Positions 57,653-64,000 of a stretch of DNA of 64,000 bases are shown piece after piece. Position numbers and translations under genes: made by a program. The number at the start of each line of letters is the position of its first letter. Positions within the stretch are counted from its first letter, which is position 1. Below the pieces are notes generated by a model that worked only from the letters and a program-made list of their open reading frames with translations, had not been told where the DNA came from and made no database searches. Source of the stretch: Candidatus Poribacteria bacterium (lineage in GTDB: Bacteria > Poribacteria > WGA-4E > WGA-3G). The stretch is taken from the NCBI GenBank assembly GCA_964291315.2, contig OZ219750.1, positions 544,001 to 608,000 on the forward strand. Reading direction: 5' to 3'.

Positions 57653-59263
57653 TTATGAAACTTTAAGATGAATTGTTTTTTCTTCGCTCTCGCTATAACC
57701 GATGCGGATCGCTTTTGCTCGTACGGTAGTTTCGCCTTCTGGTATACGTAGCGGACCGGTATATAACTGCCAGCGTGTATCATCCCCTTGCTCGGTTGTG
57801 TAGGCAATTGATGCACCTTGTGTGGAGCAGTGGAGTTGTAAAGTGAAAGGTGTTGACCATTCGTAACCCTCGTGTACTACTGTTGTACCGGGTTGTTCGG
57901 TGTTAATCGGAATAAAGATAGGCCCCGCTGTTTGCGGCTGCGTACGGTCAGGATACCATTGCTTGACCATCTGCTCTTCGGATATGTCTCCCATGTCCCC
58001 GAAATCTGTCTGCCACTGTGACAGTGCATCGCGCATTCGTTTCAGCACATCCTGATGTTCAGGGTCTGTCGCCAAATTGTTGAGTTCATATCTGTCTTTT
58101 TTGACATTGTAAAGTTCTTCAGCGGGACGTGGAGAGCGGAACATAACCGCCTCATCGCCCTCCAGTTTTCCCTCTGCATACAACCGCCACATTTCCTGCA
58201 TAATCGGATGCCGATTACGATATGGAATCCAGAGCAGATATGGTTTTTCAGGGTAGTAATTTCTAATGTATTTATACTTTTTGTCACGTATAGCACGTAC
58301 CATATCGTAAGATTCATCGTATCGGTCGCGCGTCGCGAAGATATATTCGCGTTCAACCTTTTCTGGCCCAAGGAAGGGGTGCCCTTGTAGATGTTCAGGT
58401 GACTTTACACCGCAGAGCGATAGAACTGTTGGACCGAGATCAATCAGACTGACTAATTGTTCGCTGACACTACCAGCGGTGAGCGCATCAGGCCACCTTA
58501 CAATCAGTGGTATACGGATACCGGCATCATACGGCCACCGTTTTCCGCGAGGCAGTCCTTCACCGTGATCGCTCCAAAGAAAAACGATAGTATTCTCTAC
58601 GAGGCCATCTTTTTCTAGTTGATCGAGGAGTTCTCCGACACGGGTATCAGCAGTTGCAATGTTATCATATTGGCGCGCCAATGCTTGCCGCGCTTTCGGT
58701 GTGTTGGGCAGATAGGGTGGTAATTGCACGGCATCAGGGTTTGTGGTTGTAGTCAAAGGACGGTCCCCGCGTTCCCACATACCGCTTTCGTGTGTAACCG
58801 TTGGGTTGAAAATTGAGAAAAATGGTTGACTTTCTTCGCGATTTCGCCAGTGTGCAGTGTCGCTACACTCATCCCATGCTGTGATAGGGGACGTAAACTG
58901 ATAGTCGGTTTTGCTATTGTTCGTACAGTAATAACCTGCTCCTCTGAGGTATTCGGTGAAGACCTTGACGTATGGAGGCGGGAGTGCTGAATATGGGGTT
59001 GGCAGTTTCGGCGTTTCCGCGTTCGTGTGTGTCGTTCGCATGTGGTGTGTACCAATTGAGGTCTGATACATACCGGTAATGATTGCAGAACGGCTCGGTG
59101 CACAGACACCAGCAGTCGAAAATGCATTCGGAAACCGGCACCCACCAGTGGCAAGCCGATCAATATTGGGCGTACGGGCAAGCGTGTCCCCGTAACAACC
59201 AAAACGAGGCGTTGTATCCTCTAAAGAAATCCAGAGAATATTTGGGCGGTCTGGCGTGTTCAT
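57653..59263 (-). CDS. Sulfatase with C-terminal FN3-associated/chitobiase-like domain
   Basis: CAPSRSAIITG, SDHG, RGKRW; C-terminal T.GASIAYT..W.LY..P. Confidence 0.9.
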   Translation of the reverse strand: MNTPDRPNILWISLEDTTPRFGCYGDTLARTPNIDRLATGGCRFPNAFSTAGVCAPSRSAIITGMYQTSIGTHHMRTTHTNAETPKLPTPYSALPPPYVKVFTEYLRGAGYYCTNNSKTDYQFTSPITAWDECSDTAHWRNREESQPFFSIFNPTVTHESGMWERGDRPLTTTTNPDAVQLPPYLPNTPKARQALARQYDNIATADTRVGELLDQLEKDGLVENTIVFLWSDHGEGLPRGKRWPYDAGIRIPLIVRWPDALTAGSVSEQLVSLIDLGPTVLSLCGVKSPEHLQGHPFLGPEKVEREYIFATRDRYDESYDMVRAIRDKKYKYIRNYYPEKPYLLWIPYRNRHPIMQEMWRLYAEGKLEGDEAVMFRSPRPAEELYNVKKDRYELNNLATDPEHQDVLKRMRDALSQWQTDFGDMGDISEEQMVKQWYPDRTQPQTAGPIFIPINTEQPGTTVVHEGYEWSTPFTLQLHCSTQGASIAYTTEQGDDTRWQLYTGPLRIPEGETTVRAKAIRIGYSESEEKTIHLKVS

Positions 59264-59451
59264 TGTAACTCCAATTTTTTATTAATGATCGTACTCCAAG
59301 CAGCGATTTAAGTCAAGATATATCTCGGAATTATCCAGGGCCATTCAATTCCGATGCGGACACATTCCACAAGTTTAGGAGATAAAATTTAAAAATTTGA
59401 TAAGTATTTATAGATAAACTGTAATTTCAACAGCAGTAAAAATTTAAAAAC

Positions 59452-59480
59452 TTGACGAATGTTTACGGATGAAGTACAAT
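59452..59480 (+). promoter_or_regulatory. sigma70 promoter for the peptide-ABC operon
   Basis: TTGACG-17 nt-TACAAT. Confidence 0.65.
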
Positions 59481-59657
59481 TTCCACAGGAATCTGAAAAA
59501 GAGATAAAAAATTTGACATTTTATATTTCGTTGATGAGCTAAATATTTATCAAGCTCGCGTTATATAGAATAGAGATGGATTGCCAAGGCTTCAAAACAC
59601 CTTTCAGATTTTGCCTTCCATACAGCACAGCAATCCGCGAAAACAGAGAAGTTTAAA

Positions 59658-59822
59658 ATGTTGAAAGCGTACTCCAAGAAAGTTCAAGCCAAGAAGGCAT
59701 ACGCCCCACCTGAATTTTTCCCATTGGGTTGTGCCACGTTTCTCGCCCACGGTTCTTGTGATGTTGGGTGTAACTATGAAAAAAGTGGGAATCAGAAAAC
59801 AATCTTTAGTTCCAATCGGTAA
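59658..59822 (+). CDS. Candidate RiPP precursor peptide (54 aa) with lasso-type leader, absent from the ORF track
   Basis: MLKAYSKKVQAKKAYAPPEFFPLGCATFLAHGSCDVGCNYEKSGNQKTIFSSNR*; ends 19 nt before the ABC exporter. Confidence 0.6.
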   Translation: MLKAYSKKVQAKKAYAPPEFFPLGCATFLAHGSCDVGCNYEKSGNQKTIFSSNR

Positions 59823-59841
59823 TGTGTAGGGGGACAAAAAT

Positions 59842-61617
59842 TTGAACGCGTCCAAAAAGAAACTGATTTTGGGGAGTGGCAGCATAGCGATCCGCTTGTT
59901 GGGTTATCTCAAACCCTATTGGGGTATCGCCCTTTTATGTGTGCTCCTCCAGATCGTTTACCGGGCTACCTACTTGGTCAACCCATGGATAGAAGGGCAG
60001 TTGCTGGACCGGGTCTTTGGAGCGAAAGATGCCGATTTTCTACCTGTCCTTGTGAGTTTGTGGATGGGTATCGCCCTTGCGACCTATCTCACGAATCTGG
60101 TTTTGGCGTATCTTCTGAGAAACGTCACTTGTCAAACCCGCCGAGATATGCAACTGCAGGTTTACCAACATTTGCGGTTCCTCCCGTGCCGTTTCTACGA
60201 TAATCACACAACGGGGCAGATCATGGCTAACATCAGTTCCGATACAGAGTCGGCTGCGGGAGGGATTTTGTCAAGTGGCTGGATGCTCCTCTCGGGGATT
60301 GAATTTGTCATTACTCTGACGTTTGTGTTCGCGGTGAATCCATGGTTGGGGCTTTTTAGTATTCCGTTTGCCTTTGCCGTTGTTGGGCTCCCCTTTCTAT
60401 TTCGAAGGCCTGTGCAAAACGCTTCGAAGCAGGTCTTGCAGGAGAAAGAGAGCATTTCGTCAAGGCTTCAAGAAGGGATTGCGGGCTCGAGAGAGATAAA
60501 AGCCCTCGGTCATGAGCTGCGAGACATGGGTCGCATTCGGCGTTCAATAGACACCCTCATTCGTGCTGAACTCTATCAAACCTTAATCGGGGGCCTGACG
60601 ACCCTTGGCCCCCTTGCTTCTTGGTTGGGCCATCCGCTTTTCTTTCTCATCGGTGGGAAAATGGTGCTGGCCGGACACATCAGCGTCGGTTTTTTGTGGA
60701 TGGCAAACCGTTATTTACATCTGGTCACCCTGCCGCTACATCGGGTCGCCCAGGATGAATATCCAAAGCTTCTCCGAACCGGGGAGGGGGCAAAACGGGT
60801 GTTCGCTTTCCTCGAAAATCGAGCCGAACCCAACGATAGTATTGAGGCTGCTGACTTGCAAGGAAGTGTCCGGTTTGAAGGTGTCCATTTCAACTACAAT
60901 GGAACTACAGAAGTCCTTCAGAACGTCGGTTTTGAGGTGCAGCCCGGTCAAACCGCGGCACTCGTGGGCCCCAGCGGTGCAGGGAAAAGCACGATTCTCA
61001 ACCTGCTGCCGCGTTTCTACGAACCCACGCAAGGACACATCTTGGTTGATGAACACGATATCACGACACTTAAATTGAGAACCTTGAGATCGCAGATCGG
61101 CACGGTGTTTCAAGATCCTTATCTCTTTTCAGGTTCGATTGAAGAAAATATCCGAATGGGTGCTCGACACCCGGAAAACGTGAAAAGGGAGGACATCATA
61201 GCCGCTGCCACCGCTGCCACCGCCCACGGCTTTATCACGCAGCTCAAAGAGGGCTACGCCACAGAGATAGGCGAGCGGGGCATCAAACTCTCCGGGGGTG
61301 AGCGGCAACGGATTGCCATCGCTCGTTCCCTGATTCGGAATCCAAAGATTCTCCTTCTCGATGAAGCCACTTCCGCACTCGACTCGGAGACAGAGCGGGG
61401 TGTCACGGAAGCGTTAGAACGACTGATGAAGGGCAGGACCTCGTTTGTAATTGCACACCGATTGTCTACTGTGCTGAGCGCGGATGTGATTCTTGCCGTG
61501 GAAAATGGGAAAATTGTGGAACAAGGCACACATCAGGAGTTGATAGCCCGCGGCGGGCTCTATGCCCGGTTGTATCGCTTACAATTTGCGACCCCCGGCG
61601 ATCCAAACGATCAATAA
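59842..61617 (+). CDS. ABC exporter, fused permease and ATPase (type IV, MsbA-like)
   Basis: TM domain; GPSGAGKS, LSGGERQR, LLLDEATSALD, IAHRLST; no C39 peptidase domain. Confidence 0.92.
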   Translation: MNASKKKLILGSGSIAIRLLGYLKPYWGIALLCVLLQIVYRATYLVNPWIEGQLLDRVFGAKDADFLPVLVSLWMGIALATYLTNLVLAYLLRNVTCQTRRDMQLQVYQHLRFLPCRFYDNHTTGQIMANISSDTESAAGGILSSGWMLLSGIEFVITLTFVFAVNPWLGLFSIPFAFAVVGLPFLFRRPVQNASKQVLQEKESISSRLQEGIAGSREIKALGHELRDMGRIRRSIDTLIRAELYQTLIGGLTTLGPLASWLGHPLFFLIGGKMVLAGHISVGFLWMANRYLHLVTLPLHRVAQDEYPKLLRTGEGAKRVFAFLENRAEPNDSIEAADLQGSVRFEGVHFNYNGTTEVLQNVGFEVQPGQTAALVGPSGAGKSTILNLLPRFYEPTQGHILVDEHDITTLKLRTLRSQIGTVFQDPYLFSGSIEENIRMGARHPENVKREDIIAAATAATAHGFITQLKEGYATEIGERGIKLSGGERQRIAIARSLIRNPKILLLDEATSALDSETERGVTEALERLMKGRTSFVIAHRLSTVLSADVILAVENGKIVEQGTHQELIARGGLYARLYRLQFATPGDPNDQ

Positions 61618-61693
61618 CTGGTTCATCCACTAGTTCTTCGTTCTAGGATTCTCAAGAAAACGAAAAACTCTCTTCACCTTTTGGAGACATCCG

Positions 61694-62995
61694 ATGCATT
61701 TCACCGAAGCTTTCTTCATGAGCTGCACCGCAATCCTGGCAAATAAGATGCGTTCATTGCTGACGACGCTTGGCATTCTCATCGGGGTTGCCTCGGTGCT
61801 GGCAATGATAGCGATCGGTGATGGTGCGAAGGAAATTGTGCGACAAGACGCACAGAAATTGGGCGGTGCTAATCAGTTTATAATGTTCCGTTCGGGATAT
61901 GAATGGAAAGGGAATAAATGGGTGAAAGTCCGTCATAACGAATACCTCGAATATGGCGATGTCTTGGCGATTGCAGCGGAATGTCCATCGGTGAGTGCTG
62001 TCACCCCGAGAATTTGGGACTCGGGCGGTGTGCTAATTCAAGCCGCAGGTGGCACTGAAACCCGCGCAGGATATAATGGCGTAGATGCTACCTATCAAAC
62101 TGTCATGGATTGGGATCTCCAAGAAGGACGTTTTATCACCGCTGAAGATGTGGAGAACGCAACGAAAGTCTGTGTCCTCGGGGATGAAGTCTCGACGGCT
62201 CTCTTTGGAGAGAACTCCGCTTTGGGACAGGAAATCAAAATCGTAAGAGATGTCGGCCACTACGATCGATATGGTCGAAAAGCGGGGCGGCGTGCCGCAG
62301 AACGTTTCACGGTTGTCGGGACCTTTGTGCCGAGAGGCAGGACTCTTCGGTTCGGATCGAGTTTCGACACGCTTGTCTTCCTCCCGATATCTACCGTGCA
62401 AAAACGCTTCACAGGTAATGATCGGATTCAGCGCGTCTTAGTCTTCGTGCATAGGGTTGAGGATATGCCAAAGGCGATTGAGGAAGTAAAAGCGGTTATC
62501 CGCAAACGACACAGAAACCAAGATAGCTTCGTCCATATCTTTGAGATGCGAAAAGGTATAGCACAGCTAGAAAAAATAAGCAAAGTGATCAAGATTGCCC
62601 TCGGCAGCATCGCCGGTTTTTCGCTGCTTGTGGGTGGTATTGGTATTATGAATATGATGTTAGTTGCTGTAAACGAACGCACGCGCGAAATCGGGCTTCG
62701 GAAGGCAGTTGGTGCCAAACGCCGGGACATTCTGCTGCAGTTTCTCATAGAAGCAATGATGATGTGTGGTGTAGGAGGCGTGCTGGGTATTGGGTTCGGG
62801 ATTTTCGCAGGTGAAGGCATGGCACACCTTGCTGTCAACATCGTCAAAATCGTCCTCGAATGGCCGGCGGTTCTCTCGACAGAATGGATATTGATTTCGG
62901 TCACCTTTTCTGCGGTCATCGGTATCTCGTTTGGGCTGTATCCTGCGATAAAAGCCGCATCGCTCTCCCCAATGGAGGCACTACGTGCGGATTAA
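61694..62995 (+). CDS. MacB/FtsX-family ABC permease
   Basis: RSLLTTLGILIGVASV; VGGIGIMN.M..V.ERTREIGLRKAVGA; GLYPA.KAA.L.P.EALR. Confidence 0.92.
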   Translation: MHFTEAFFMSCTAILANKMRSLLTTLGILIGVASVLAMIAIGDGAKEIVRQDAQKLGGANQFIMFRSGYEWKGNKWVKVRHNEYLEYGDVLAIAAECPSVSAVTPRIWDSGGVLIQAAGGTETRAGYNGVDATYQTVMDWDLQEGRFITAEDVENATKVCVLGDEVSTALFGENSALGQEIKIVRDVGHYDRYGRKAGRRAAERFTVVGTFVPRGRTLRFGSSFDTLVFLPISTVQKRFTGNDRIQRVLVFVHRVEDMPKAIEEVKAVIRKRHRNQDSFVHIFEMRKGIAQLEKISKVIKIALGSIAGFSLLVGGIGIMNMMLVAVNERTREIGLRKAVGAKRRDILLQFLIEAMMMCGVGGVLGIGFGIFAGEGMAHLAVNIVKIVLEWPAVLSTEWILISVTFSAVIGISFGLYPAIKAASLSPMEALRAD

Positions 62996-63391
62996 AACAA
63001 GGCACTTGATCCTCACGACACCTTCAAAACACACCGCCAGAAAGATCAGCGGATTCTGCCAAACCTCGCTGATTAGACATCAATGAATCAACACCAATAT
63101 TCGTTCTGTCTGCTCTGTGTTTATTTTGGGCAAAATGGGAATATGAGCGAGGCACCCTAAAAAAATCCGAAAATGCGCTTCGAGGCCAGATATTGCCAAG
63201 TTACCCTTTTTATATAAAAATAAACAGAAAAACGGATACGGATTGCTTTAAAATTCAGAACCGTTCAATTGTCGAGGTGTCCTTTACGTGTGGGTATGTC
63301 GCTCCACGGTTTCATCAGAGATAGCGTGCCTTTTCACGCCACCTCTGATAGGATATACCTCATTATACAAACGCATATTCTGAGGTGCTCC

Positions 63392-63559
63392 ATGAAAAAG
63401 AAAACGGGCCACTTCCTTGGCATATTAGCAGAGTCCCCAGATTTTCGAGATGTCCGCGGCAAACGCTATCCGTTCCCCGCTATTTTCGCCTTCGTCATTA
63501 TTGTACCAAAAAAGCTCCGTGTGAGCTCTGTGAGTTCGGCCGTTAAAATTCAATTCTGA
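63392..63559 (+). pseudogene. N-terminal remnant of an ISAs1-family transposase
   Basis: FLGILAESPDFRDVRGKRYPFPAIFAFVII resembles the DDE_Tnp_1-associated 'DPR..RGxRY.L..+L' start; truncated after ~55 aa. Confidence 0.6.
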
Positions 63560-63725
63560 TACTAAATGATTTTCGGAAAAGTATTGCCGTCGTGTCAGGA
63601 TTGTGATAGAATAATGATATTCTGCAACATGGGCTTTCAAGTTGTTTCCTTAAGTTTAAAATCAAATTCTTTCTGCCTGACCTCGTACTGATATTCTACA
63701 GTTACACAATTGAGGTTATAGCATT

Positions 63726-64000
63726 ATGAGCAATTCTCATTTACGTTATCTACACGTTGCGCAAGAGGTTCTGAGACAGATTGAGGCTACACAAGCTGAA
63801 GCAATTACACAAGTGTCGGAGATGTGTGCCGAGACAATAGCAGCAGCAGGTCTCGTCTATTTGTTCGGTTCCGGACATTCCCGTATGGCTGTTGAAGAAA
63901 TTTTCCCACGCTATGGAAGTTTCCCTGGTTTTTTCCCTATCGTCGAGTTAGCTGTCACATTTCACAATCAAGTTGTCGGCTGCAACGGCCAACGTCAGGC
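63726..64000 (+). CDS. SIS-domain (sugar isomerase) protein, partial at the window edge
   Basis: MSNSHLRYL...GLVYLFGSGHSRMAVEEIFPRYG. Confidence 0.8.
   Translation, partial: MSNSHLRYLHVAQEVLRQIEATQAEAITQVSEMCAETIAAAGLVYLFGSGHSRMAVEEIFPRYGSFPGFFPIVELAVTFHNQVVGCNGQRQ

Overview
A 64-kb bacterial chromosome segment. The gene content (secreted proteins ending in a 'GKLTTxWGxLK' tail, a LamG remnant, several sulfatases and PhyH dioxygenases, a PorV-like beta-barrel) suggests Candidatus Poribacteria; this is an inference, not a search result. Housekeeping content: tRNA-Leu; rpoZ; a Thr-Tyr-Gly-Thr tRNA cluster, rpmG, tRNA-Trp, secE, nusG, rplKA, an L10 leader and rplJL, with neither tuf nor rpoB in their usual places; mqnC; a PpiD/SurA-like chaperone; a hemE-hemH-hemY cluster; and several metabolic genes. 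The best leads are: (1) an unannotated 54-aa peptide with a lasso-type YxxP..G leader at the head of an ABC-exporter operon that has no maturases; (2) a secreted FGE/C-type-lectin-fold protein whose 3' end has the codon footprint of a diversity-generating retroelement (DGR) variable region, with no RT or template repeat seen in the window; (3) a ~330-nt unclassified, highly base-paired element directly downstream of that gene; (4) tandem lamin-tail surface proteins with mosaic identity and a candidate C-terminal sorting signal, plus a giant CTD-cargo/PorV/LysM operon; (5) oddities in the heme operon (a Cys-rich insert in ferrochelatase and an MBL-TPR protein). All calls come from reading the sequence by eye; no searches or folding programs were run.
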